Source: Lingula anatina (taxonomy: Eukaryota > Animalia > Brachiopoda). From it: 64,000 nt of DNA. The notes under the pieces were generated by a model, which saw nothing but the letters and a program-made list of their open reading frames with translations, had not been told where the DNA came from and did not search any database. How positions within the stretch are numbered: the stretch's first letter is position 1; each line of letters starts with the position of its first letter. Shown here piece after piece: positions 13,549-25,417 of this stretch. The position numbers and the translations under genes were made by a program. The stretch is taken from the NCBI GenBank assembly GCA_051362555.1, contig CM120649.1:8556001-8620000 (forward strand), written 5' to 3'.

Positions 13549-14079
13549 GGCACGCATGAAAAAAGGCTTCATTCTAGGACATATGGAGCAGATATACCTA
13601 AAGTTGTATATTGCATGTTTGTAAAACTGGATTATATTCCGTTTAAAAATCTTATTAACACGAGCCAGTGTTTTTCAGGTACTCTAAAGTTAATACATGT
13701 ATGTACAGACTTGACATTTAATATGGAATATTTCAGTTTCGAAGGTGTGCCTAGGTAGAAATGTGTTCTTTTTTCAAAAAAACTAATATCTCATATAAGA
13801 TATGTGAATAGAGAAGTGTGTAGTCAGGTGTGTCGCTTCCAATTAACTGAATACCAGGTTTGTTACGCTGCTGCATTATGTAACATGATGTAATTTAATT
13901 GGGTAGTGCTCCTTTGGGCAGGTCAAAGCTTGGCTTTGGCAAAGCAAGGTTCTGTCAAAAAAGTGTCCATATGTCGGCAACTACTGCATAGAAGAATTTG
14001 AAATTTTGCATGCAAGTGGTCGGTTTTGCAGTGTGTAAAATGAGCTATGCAGTGCTTTGCAAGTTTGTTAATCTGTGGC

Positions 14080-15045
14080 AAAATGGCGCGAAAAAGACAG
14101 ACATTGCCAGACAGTTAATTGCGCCAAACGAAACGGTCCGCACAGTTTTATAGAATAATGCCCAGACTGATGTACCTACATAGAGGCCACACCCAATGTA
14201 TTAAAATCTTACCACCAGAGTACAGGACCCACTGTCTTTCAGGATATGCCGTTGCAACTAAACAAAAACCACCCAGTCCGTTCAGAATGAGGGGTAAATT
14301 GCCACCAAAACGCATTTTTCAAGGCCCTTAGCGAACACCAAACTGGTTTTTGCAGGTTAGCATACCAGACGACCTCCGAGGAACCCACTGTAAACAGCAA
14401 AACATCGTTGTATGTTTCTCTAATGAATTAGGGACCATGACCGTTTCTGGGTTGAACACTGAAACCTCGTGGCTTTCTTTATTGAGGTCAGATTTCACCT
14501 GTACCGCTCAACTAGTCAAAACAGAGTTTACAGACATCCAGAAGAGGCCAACGACGAAGTGTGTGCCTCCTCTAAAGTGACTTAGGTCATTAACAGCGTC
14601 AGTATTTGAAGTGGATACCACATTGGTGCCAAAACACCAATGGCAGTCATCGACGAAAACCTGAACCAGATTAAATAAAGGAATAATCTGGGAACCACTT
14701 GACTATCATTTGATAGGGGGCACCTTAAGAACAATTTTAGGTTGTAGGGTGGGATTGCCGGTTCACACAGAGCACTTTTAATAACAGATTACTTAGAGAA
14801 CCAAGGGAATGAACAGCTACCTTGGTCATCAAAACCGCCATATTTGAACCACGTAGACAATATGTGGGTAGGCCATTACTCGCCAAATGAATGGCCTACA
14901 TGTCCTACAACAAAACTGGGCCAAATTGGACAGATTTCGACCGATGCCTGGAATGTTATTCCAGATTGAACTATAAAAACATATCCCAAGGAATGCCTTG
15001 CCGCTTGAGAGCGCTGGTAGCAGCCAGAAGAGGTCAGGCGTAACA
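14080..15045 (+). pseudogene. Degenerate Tc1-like DD34E transposase
   Basis: Frameshifted fragments AFFIEVRFHLYRSTSQNRVYRHPEE (cf. FSDESRF..SDGR.RVYR), SVSI*SGYHIGAKTPMAVIDENLNQ (cf. SVMVWGG) and HRALLITDYLENQGNEQLPWSSKPPYLNHVDNMW (cf. WPSxSPDLNPIENxW). Confidence 0.85.
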
Positions 15046-16330
15046 GCGACTGTTACTGTGACTAGACACTGACATGAGCGTCCTTTGTGGAGCGTGTAAC
15101 TCTTTTACAAACAATAATTTGGAAAATATGGAGATCTAAAATATCTCATTTTATGGTTGCCGTATGACGTAGAAAAGGCAATGTGTTTTTGTTTGCTTCT
15201 CTGGCTAATTCCATTAATGAACTGATGTCACAATGACATCAAAGAGATAATTAAAAGTTATTAGAACACGATTTTAATCCTTATTTTCATTTATCAGTCA
15301 GTAAAATAGGAAAAAAATTGATGAAAAATGATTTGGAAAAAATATTCCATATTAAATGTCAAGTCTGTAGTTTGAAATAATAAGGCCTCTATCACAGGGA
15401 GCACCAGGGCTAAATTACTACTCCAGCAAGTAACACAACGCGTACGGCGATGATATGTTTTCAAGGGATAAACTACTAACTGACTGTTCTATGTTTTTGT
15501 TTCTCTGGGTGAGAGGTCTGGAGTCTTCTACACTGTAAGACAGCAAGGGCAATCCAGCTATCGGCTCGACCAGGGAATTGGACTTTACGATATAAATCCC
15601 TGGTTCGACTGACAGTACTTACTCTGATGATCTCAATACAATGTATTCTCTATATGCTCTAAATACGTTAAAGTGATTTTATAGCAAGAGATATTAAAGC
15701 CAATTAAGACATTTACTAGAGACCTTCAACATAATTAAAATGAGACTGATTTTACTTTTAATTAAGATGTGAAGCCATGACTAAAGTTGCTCAATTCTTT
15801 TGAAACTAAGAACATCCTTTAAAACTTGGTTACAGTTCTTCCCAATGAATGAAATAGATTCATGTAATTTCATTATAACTGAGACATCACAACAATCTTT
15901 CTAAAATGAAATTTGGCCGTGAAATCCCCACTGTGACCCCTCAATGCACATATGTATACCAGACACATACTTTATTCGTCCCAGGACCCGTTAAACTTGT
16001 TTAGATGTTCATAGAATGACCCAAAATAAAACATTTCCACGAAGTCTGCGACAAAGGCGGCCATTTGTCGCTTAAACACTGCGTTTTTATTACTCAGTAA
16101 TTCAACAAATTCGTCCTTTCCTGAAGAAATTACACATCTGCGTTATCTATCTTATGTTAAAACTAGCTTTGACTTAAATAAATAGATAAAAATAGAATGA
16201 TAAATTTGGATGTGTAATATATATACAGGTGAAAAACGAAGTTTTGTGACACATTTATCAAAAATCACAAGGAAGAGCTCTACGGTCGAGCAGCACACAA
16301 AGTCTGACGTGGAGACCGACTATGTCCTAA

Positions 16331-16501
16331 GAGCGGAGTCAGAACAGCGGACTAACAGATCCGTGGATCAAATATGCCCGGTCCACTTGAATACTTGTTG
16401 CGTAATCCTCGCGGGAATTAAGCGGAATTAAGCGGTAAGCTTTTAAATCGGTTGCCATATTAGATCCGGGGATCTGTTAGTCCTCTGTTCTGAATGGGCT
16501 C
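16331..16501. mobile_element. MITE with TAA TSD (PIF/Harbinger-like)
   Basis: taa|GAGCGGAGTCAGAACAGCGGACTAACAGATCC ... GGATCTGTTAGTCCTCTGTTCTGAATGGGCTC|taa. Confidence 0.85.
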
Positions 16502-16868
16502 TAAGTTACAAAGCAGACCAATTTTAGTAGTTGTTCTTTATTTCCCCCGCTATATTTCGAGTAAAATGTGTCACTTTTGGGTCTTAAGAAAGTGGTGCAT
16601 TAAAAAATCGTATTACAGAAAAGTTTTAAATCAAGAATTCCACAGGAATCTATTCTGTAGGGGAGTATCGGTGCGCGGGAGTGGCAGTGCGGGGATGTTA
16701 AGAAGCGGGGGAGTATTGGTGCTACTTTTTATACGCACCTCAAACATTAAAAACATTTTAATCATGAAAAATTTAGCAAAAATGGATTGGAATGTAAGTA
16801 ATCTATAGGTAATTAAAAAATCAACTTTGATACTTGGCGGAAAACGGCTAGAGTACATTAAATAAAGT

Positions 16869-17417
16869 CAGTGGCGGATTTAGGTGGGTGTCAGGTAGGT
16901 CCTGCCCCCCCCCCCACCTTTGATTTCTGAAAAAAATCACACCAATTGTCCCCTTTTGAAATTAGAATTTTGACTAGCTGCATCATAGTTCTCAATAGCA
17001 CGAAAATTCATGCGTTAGCATTCCTACTGACAATTCTGATATGTACTGGCTGTGCTAACGCATGAAAGCAAAGGGCTCAAAAAGTTGGAAACGAAAACCA
17101 GTTGCCGAATCAGCCGCGGTGCGGCAGCTCTCAACTTTTTATTGTACTTCTCATCTCCTCAACAAGCACATTACTGTGAAGCTAACCAGTTTTCCTATCA
17201 ACAGTCAATAGGAGTGCTAACGCATAAATTTTCATGCTAAGTTCTCAACCGTACCAAATGACACCATTCGCCCTCTAAAAAACAAAAATTTTCGAAACCC
17301 TTCCCCAGGCCTCGAACACCACGCCAGGGGGTGGGGGGGGGGGGGGGGGGGGGGGGTCGGCTTCACATCCACGGACGCCCCCCCCCCCCCTTTCAAATAA
17401 TCCTGGCTTCGACCCTG
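16869..17417. mobile_element. G/C-run-rich non-autonomous element of the CAG(G/T)GGCGGAT-terminus family, host of a nested MITE
   Basis: Begins CAGTGGCGGATTTAGG and ends CCTGGCTTCGACCCTG. Related termini occur at ~3374, 29913-30081 and 58577-58713. No TSD seen. Confidence 0.55.
16996..17239. mobile_element. MITE with TAG...CTA termini and 9-bp TSD (MULE- or AcademH-type)
   Basis: About 36-bp TIR TAGCACGAAAATTCATGCGTTAGCATTCCTACTGAC. AGTTCTCAA is duplicated at 16987-16995 and 17240-17248. Confidence 0.85.
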
Positions 17418-18500
17418 TATGTATGGGGGGGGGGGGGGGGGGGGGGGGCTCCTGGATATTACAAAATTCATCCGAAGGTCGGATCGAGCAAGTTGTTAAA
17501 AGATATTGCCTTTTTTCTGGAAAATTACATTTGGCAGCTCATGTGATTTTTATCTAATAATTAATGTCAAAATAGCCAAGGTCTTCAAAATCACTGCTAT
17601 TTGAAGTCTCAGATTTGAATATCACCTTCTCGACAGCTTTATTACGGAGGGCAATCTAATTTGCATAAAAGAGAAAATGCAGTTTTTTCTTGTTTTTGAG
17701 CATAGTAGTGTACATTTTTTTCGTTATTCCTAAAAAAAACATGCCTCTTTAAGCTCAAAACTTTTCTAAAGATTTGACCGACATTCCCTGTTTATAAGTT
17801 ATATAATTATAAACAACCTTCACACACGGGCATAAATTACATTTTCACTCCCGAATCATAAGGCTGTTAAACTAGCGCCAGAAAGTGCTACGATAATGTA
17901 GGTCAATTGCCTGTATAAACCTCTCATACGATTATCGATTTTTTCTAGAGTGGAACGTTTTAGGGGGAGGTCGATGAGTGTAAAACTAGCCCACTTCTCC
18001 ATATGAAAACGATGTAGAATTTTGCAGACATTTTTGCTCTTCTCTACTCCATCAGTCTCTCCCCAAAATGTTGTAGACCGCGATAACTGCTCAATTGCCG
18101 GGAAGCACGGAATACCCAGCACATAAAGTTGAACCGGCGAGCGATGGATTTGATACGCTATCGTAGGAGCTGGATGAGGGTGGCTAAGGGGAGGGGGGGG
18201 GGCGTAATCCCCTTAATACCCTTTATCAACCAAAGCATGTGTATGTGTGAAGGGACTCAACTCCATTTGTGCCAAAAAGATGCTACTTCAGAACAAGGAC
18301 GTGGTCAGTTGTCAACGTACAGCACTTGGCACACTCAGGTGAATTGACCATTTTGTAGTGATGTGATCAGCAGTTGACCACAACAAAGGCCACGTTTAGT
18401 GGGTAGTTTTGACATTCATCAAATATTTTGTGTCAATACTAATAAGTTCATGTTATACCAGTGTTTCTCTTTGATCAGGCATGAGCTATATATCACCAGG

Positions 18501-20688
18501 TTTTTATGTACAGACACAGTTGTGTCTGTACATATTGCCATCACCTGCGTCTGTCGTCGCCGGCGCCGGCGCCGTGCACTTTCATTGTAAACACGATAAG
18601 TGGAAGGCAGTTTTACTTTTTGGCTTTATATTTACAGAGCTGATGAATATTCATAAAGTGCAGGTCAGGTTCGAAAATCAGCATGAACGGGCCATTATTG
18701 TAGAAGTTATGCTGTTTTTTCACTTTTTAGCATATATGCAACATTGTAAACACATATCAAGGAAAACCGATAGACCTGTTCTCATAAAGCTCACAGGAGT
18801 ATTCAATCTTACTAAAACGCAGGTCAAGTTTGAAAATCAGCATGATTGGGCCACTATTTTAGTAGTTATGCTTTTTTTTCACTTTTCAGCATATATGCAA
18901 CACTGTAAACACAATATAAGAAAAACAGATTGGCCAATTGTCATTAAACTCACAGGAGTGGTCAATCCTGCTAAAATGCAGGTTAACTTTGAAAATCAGC
19001 ATAATTGGGCCATTATTTTAGAGGTTATGCTGTTTTTCACATTTCCTCAGATTCAATTCTTAGGCATGTTAACAGTCTCATTATTGAACTAATAAGTTAC
19101 GTAAAAGTGTTTGTTTGACATTTCCTGCATCTTTACAACATTGTTTGTTGGTTATGTAAAAAGGATGGTAAACTTTTTATCATTTTTTGTGTAATAAAGT
19201 GTCAAAAATGGAAATAAACTCATATCATTGCAGTTTGTCAGATTCAATAATCCACTATGTTCAGAATCTCAGAATGGAGGAAATTGGACATTTAACACTG
19301 TTCTATTGATAGTTTTCCCATCTCATCAATTTTCTTAGTTGATCATATAAAAATGCCAGTAAACTGTTAATTTTGTTTTATGTTAAAAAATTGTTAAACA
19401 TGGGAAAAAGCCATTTCAGAACAGTGCTGTCTTGTTTACATTTTGGCATTTTCAAGGTGTGGCTTTGAAGTTCCATGGGCCTGAAGACCTTTGCTAGTCA
19501 CATTTTCTGAATATCCATGATACTAATATTTTATCATTAAAAATCGATGGTCAATATGCTGTTAAACGTAATGTAATGTTGCATCAAAATTTGAAGAAAC
19601 CCCTATTTTGGGCACTGCTCCCATGAAGACTATTTAAGGAAAACCATGTCACTTACTGTTCTCAAACTTACAGGAAAGAAACTTGGGACTAAAATACAGC
19701 TTCAGTAGGCAATGCAGTCTGTTTGGTTAATTTTTCTGGCATTTAATAGTTTTTTGTGAAAATTAAATTTTTTACATATTGGCATTTTCAAGGTGTGACT
19801 TATAACCTCCACAGGCTTGAAGACCCATGCTAGTCACATTTTCTGAAAATCCATGATACGTTTATTTTATTATTTAAATTGATGGTCATTATGCTGTTAA
19901 GCATTATGTAATGTTGCATCAAAATAGAAGAAAACACAATTTTTGGTGCTGCTGCCATGATGACCATTATGGGAAAACCGTGTTACTTATGACTGTCAAA
20001 CTTTCAAAAAAGAAACACAGGACTAAAATTCAGCCCGAGTTGGAAAAGCAGTCTAATTGGCTTCTTTTTCTGGAAGTTATACATTTTAGTGAAATATTCA
20101 TTATTATCGTTTTGGTATATTCATTGTGGGACTCAGAGCTCCCATGGACATGAAGCTGAATGGTAATCAAGTTTTCTACACGTCCATGCTATTTATAGTC
20201 AATTATCAAAAATTTGTGATAATTATTCTGTTTTTTATTATGTAATGTTACATCAAAATTGACAAAAACCTTTTTGAACTGCTACTACAAACATTATGAA
20301 AAGATAACTGTGTTACTTATAATTATTTTCAACTTTCAAGTATGATTTTTAGGATTGGCATGCAGTTCAAATTAGAAAGAAAATTCAAATTAGAAATTAA
20401 GAAATTGGGTTATCATTTATCATTGAATTTATGCAATTTTGTGTGAAATTTTCATTTTTCTCATTCTGGCATTTTCAAAGTGTGAACTTGAACTCCCATC
20501 GGCCTGAAGGCTTATGCTTGTTACACATTTTACTTACATCGGTATTACCTGTTGAGCATAATTAAAATTTGATGTTGAATTTACAGTTAAGCATAATGTA
20601 CTTTTGCATCAGAATTGTCAGTAGCCTATTTTGTGCATTGTTATTTTCTGCTTTTTGTCTGTACATTTGACAGCTTTGCTGCCTTGTT
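18501..20688 (+). mobile_element. Non-autonomous Helentron-associated element (HINE/DINE-1-like), copy 1
   Basis: 5' T-run, palindrome TGTACAGACACAGTTGTGTCTGTACA, GTCGCC microsatellite, three ~159-bp core repeats (18673, 18832, 18991), 3' subTIR TGTCTGTACA, hairpin CAGCTTTGCTG and TTGTT end. No TSD. Confidence 0.8.
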
Positions 20689-20794
20689 GTAGATTTAAGG
20701 TCATTCTGGAGATTTATGCAGATAGGATTTAAAAATCGGAGTGTGGAAATGGATGGGTCAGCCTCCTTTTTTAACCATTAAATTTTCTGTTTAA

Positions 20795-21040
20795 GACTGG
20801 GTTCTCATGCCTAGATTGATCTTACAGGATCGATCCATATCCAAGGGCTTTCTAGATTAATTGCTTTCAGCTTAGATGTCTGGCACGCCTACTGAAGCTG
20901 CTAAAAGATAATTAATTACCCCCTAGCAGCTTCAGTAGGCCTGACAGACATCTAAGCCACTTAAGTTGATAGCAATTTAGCAAGAAACCCCTTGGAGATA
21001 GATCGATCCACTGTTAGCACGATAGGGTCTGGGAATGGTC
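20795..21040. mobile_element. Palindromic MITE, family copy 2 (degenerate right end)
   Basis: Shares GATCGATCC, CCCCTTGGAGAT and CAGACATCTAAG blocks with the 7445 and 27458 copies. Confidence 0.7.
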
Positions 21041-21928
21041 CCGGATCGGATAAAATATTTGTTGATGTATGGATTTCATTATTGTTAATATTGTTTATTT
21101 GCTTTTCTGATAGGTAAAAAAATTCATTTTACTAGGGACTTGAATATGACCTGGTGTATTTCATAATTATGGCTATATCAGCTTAAAAGGCCATTTATGT
21201 AGACGTTTTTGGGGTCTTTGAGACAATATACCTGTTTAAATAAACTCATAGATTTTCAATTTGACCTTCAGGTACATGACTGTAGATAGCAGCCTTAATG
21301 TTTGTGACCAAAGGTTAGATGCACAGAGTCGACTCCACTGTTTGCTCTCCCCAAACAGCTAAGTTCATGATTATGTATTTCATACTAGTATCTCTGTTGG
21401 TTTTCACATCGATCTATGTTTATGTATCCTGAAATGTATGATTATCTCACCTAATATAAATTTTTTATAAAGATATATATGTGTTGAGTATATTTGGATA
21501 TATTTGGATAACTGCCTGTATGTACTGTCCAAAATATCGGACCCTATCATGTACTGCCAAACTGCTTTTTAAATTAAAATTTACTGAGTAACATTGTTTG
21601 GCGAAGGGAAGGGTTCTTTTTGAAAATCAGCATAACCATAGATTTCCGTAAAATAATCAATTTTTTGCATGAATTGTGATGTTTTCCCCAGAAGTGCCAA
21701 CTGTGTTTTTTGTTTAAAGGAGCACTCCATAAGATTTACCTGCCAAAATGGATTTTCATGGGAAAATGAGGAATCACAAATCATTCACATATCCCTCTAT
21801 GCTTGCATTCAACTTAATAAAATTATAAAGCTCCTATAGGCTCCAATGGAAATATCAACATCGGTATGCGCCAGAAAAATATTTAAGGGGTTAAGTAATT
21901 TTTAAGGTGCACTGGTATGTAGGGTTAA

Positions 21929-22282
21929 AGGGATAATAACTCTTCGTATGAGATCTATATTTCACAATAAAAACATTGTGAATAACTCATAGATATATAA
22001 TATATTCTGTTTTACCACAAAAATGGCAGTTTTAGCTATTATTCTGATATCTGAGCTTGTCTTTAGACCACGTGACCTCCATTGATGGCTATACTCTGTT
22101 AAAATCTTAACAGAGTATAGCCATCAATTAAAATTTTAACAAAAAACCAAACTTTTTAGAAAAAAAACAGGGACTAACTTTGAATGTAAAAATGGATTCA
22201 TTAACTGTTGGTGAGTATGAGGAAAATGTTGTTTACTCCAGGAAAATTCATTTTTTGGCTGAAAAGAAGAGTAATTATCCCT
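21929..22282. mobile_element. Kolobok-like MITE with TTAA TSD
   Basis: ttaa|AGGGATAATAACTCTTC ... GAAGAGTAATTATCCCT|ttaa. 5'-RR termini plus TTAA TSD are typical of Kolobok. Confidence 0.75.
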
Positions 22283-24546
22283 TTAATTACAAAAAGCTAG
22301 CTGTGGATGGCAAATATAAGCATTTTGGGGATTTTTGGGGATAATCATATAACTGGTTTAAGATACCACCTACGCTACTGGTTTCAAAGATAAGTGAACA
22401 AATTCAGTGTTTACAACATCTGTCTGAGGAAAGTGTCTGACATCACTTGTCTCATGTATATTTGGTGAAGCACATCATGAAAATGATCATAGGTGGGGGA
22501 ATACATGGAAATTATGACATGTCAACTATTTGAATCTCAGATAATGTTTGCAAATATTATAAACAGCAAAGTAAGATTTTAAAATGAGGAAAAATGTGTT
22601 TGGAACAAATGAGAAGCAAAAATGTGGCTTATCTTAGTAGCACTTCTGATAAAATGCAATACTTCCACTAAGATTTTCATGTTTTAGTGGATGGCCCATA
22701 TTTTAACAAAGGTTTTTATTGCTGGGTTTAAATCAATTCAACTGTTGTAATGTTTCTCTGAAGTAAATTTAAAAAAAAAATTAATCTTCTTCAAATTGTT
22801 TGGCTCACTACCATAATCAACATGTAAACTTATCAGCATTCAATAATAAGTAAGTGTTTCTTTACATGATTTTTACCTTTTCATCTTTTACGTAGCTCTC
22901 ATCTCCAGCCTCTTCCCAGCTGTGCTTGCTGCCATCATTGCTCTGTGAGAGCTCGGTGAGATTATAGAGATTTATCAACTTATGAAAAATTTTTTTCCCT
23001 CCCCAGAGCTTGTATCACTAGAAGTATATAGGTAGATGGAAAAAAAGTTAATTAAGATCTGGGTTATATTACAAGCACCCTGCAAATAAAATAATTTCAT
23101 TTTACACACTATTTGTATGGAATAATTGTTTTAGAAAGTGAAAAGGTTTGTGAATTTTGTTTTTAACAAAGTATCATGAAACTTGGGCAAAATAACCTAG
23201 GATGTATTACTGATGTGAACATTTTCCTTTTTTAGAAGACCAAAATCAACTGGGATTTTAAATTATTTATTAATTTATTTTATACTTTTCAGTTAGAACT
23301 CTTCTGAATGCATTATGACCCACCTTGAATAAAGCAAGAAAACTAGGCCATGCTTGCAGCTCCTTATGAGTACCATATAATTTCTGAAGGTGGTGATTTT
23401 TATTTGCATTTTTAAGTATCATATATAAACTGACAACAATTGTTTCTCAGGAAAACTAGCCGTGTCCAGACAAGGAAACATTTGCTTGGTACATGTATTG
23501 CGCACCTTCTGTGACATTCCATCCCTTGATATTACAATTTGGATTAAGAAACTTGCATAATTAAAGAATTGGCATATCTATTTTATTTAAACATGAAAAT
23601 GCTGAAATGTAGAAGCAAAAATGTAATAATCAGTAATTCAGCTGTTTGTTAGGGTAAGTGCATATACCACTGTTCATTCATGTATCTGAGTGAGTATAGT
23701 TAAATGTTTTTACAGTGTAAAAGAAATAAAATAAGAAGTGTGATTAAACATTTTGAGATAAATTTGCTAGCACTGAGATTATAATGTTAGGGACACAAAA
23801 TGGATGAAAAATGTTTGTTAATAAACGGTTTTTAACATTGTGGTTGAGGGATTCCTGGGTTCAAAGCATTGTATTTTTGCTGGAAGAGGTCCACTCTTAA
23901 GCAGAATTTAATCTAGGCTCTTTCTCAAGTTTGGTCAACTACTGGGGTAAAAAAAGTCGACTTTTCAGTAAAAAAAATAAACCCTTTGGAACTGCTGGCT
24001 CCTTGCCTGTTGTTCCAAATGCCTTAAGATAAGAATGGCCATTATACTGCTAATTCAAACTTTTTAATGAAGAAATGAAGGAAAAACAAAACTCATCTGA
24101 TTGCAGAATATTGCATTTTTATTGTAAAACAAAGAAAATCAATGATATACTGAAGTTTTTTTTTTTAATTGACTGCCACAGAGGTAAAAATACTCTAGTA
24201 GTTCTGCACTGTCCTCCCTGAAAAATAAGAAGATGAAAACATTAAAATATAATTCAGTTAAAATGTATTAGTTATTAAAAGGCAGCAATCCAACAACCAC
24301 CAGCTCTTGGCTGCTATTATATAATAACTGGCTTCAAATACAATTTTAACCAGCTACTTGACATAGTTTGCCTCTTAAAAACTTCATTTTAGTTATGATG
24401 CCATCCAAAGAAGGAAGCAAACAAAATAACTTTCATATGACAGTAAAATTAATCTGTTCTTTTAAAAATGATGTCAAAATTTCCTAATTTCTGAATGTTT
24501 GAAGTAATAGTTTTTATTTAATAATAGTAATAATAATAATTACCAT

Positions 24547-25378
24547 TTATGCTCTTGACCTGTGTCTAAAGCAGGATGTAAAAAGATTTAACAATCTTCT
24601 CCATCGAGAAAGGCGGCGATCCTTGGGTGCTGAAAGATATAATAATAATATTTATTTATAGTCTAAAATCCATATTAAATATTCAGTAGACTTAACATGG
24701 GTAAAATGAACAAAATAAGATGAATAAAGTAAATTAAAAGGTAGTTAAAATAAAAAGATATTAAGATGTGTTCTAAAAATTAATTGAATTGATGGACAAT
24801 TAAGATTTATGATATTAAAAATAAATTGTACAATTCAAAAGATAACAGTCAAATCAATTATATTGAAAAGATAACAGTCATATCAATTACAAAACTTTTT
24901 GAAGATATAAGTTTTTAAATCTTTTTAAAAATTGTCCTCAGACTCTATCGTTTTTATGACACAATATTACTCTGTAAAATGCAATAACATAACCTTCAAT
25001 ATACAGTCTGTGCATCATTTTATTTCATAAATAAATCAACATTGAAACACATTTACCACTGTTAAGAATAATCAAATTTTGAATTTCAATTAATACTTGT
25101 CAAAAGTACAAATACTGTTTGCACAACAAGGAGTGTATGTGTGTGTATTTAACACTGTAATAAATAGATACCTATTATATAGACCCTCCCGTCTTACCTC
25201 TCTCCTTCACGTCCTCTATCACAATTTTTGTGTCTTTGACATTAACTGAAGAAAAAAATGGAAAACAAAATAATTCTGTCCATGAGCACAACAAGGATAT
25301 CATACACAGACAAAAATACAATAAAGAATAAGATCACCTAACAGTGAATTAACACAATGATTGTGTATGAGAGCCTGC

Positions 25379-25417
<39 letters not shown>

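Noticed and set aside
18481-19092. 203-aa repetitive ORF (and relatives at 40611 and 41441)
   Set aside because: It is read-through of HINE core repeats; length and frame vary between copies.
21880-21895. piggyBac-like end AAGGGGTTAA
   Set aside because: No matching opposite terminus was found.
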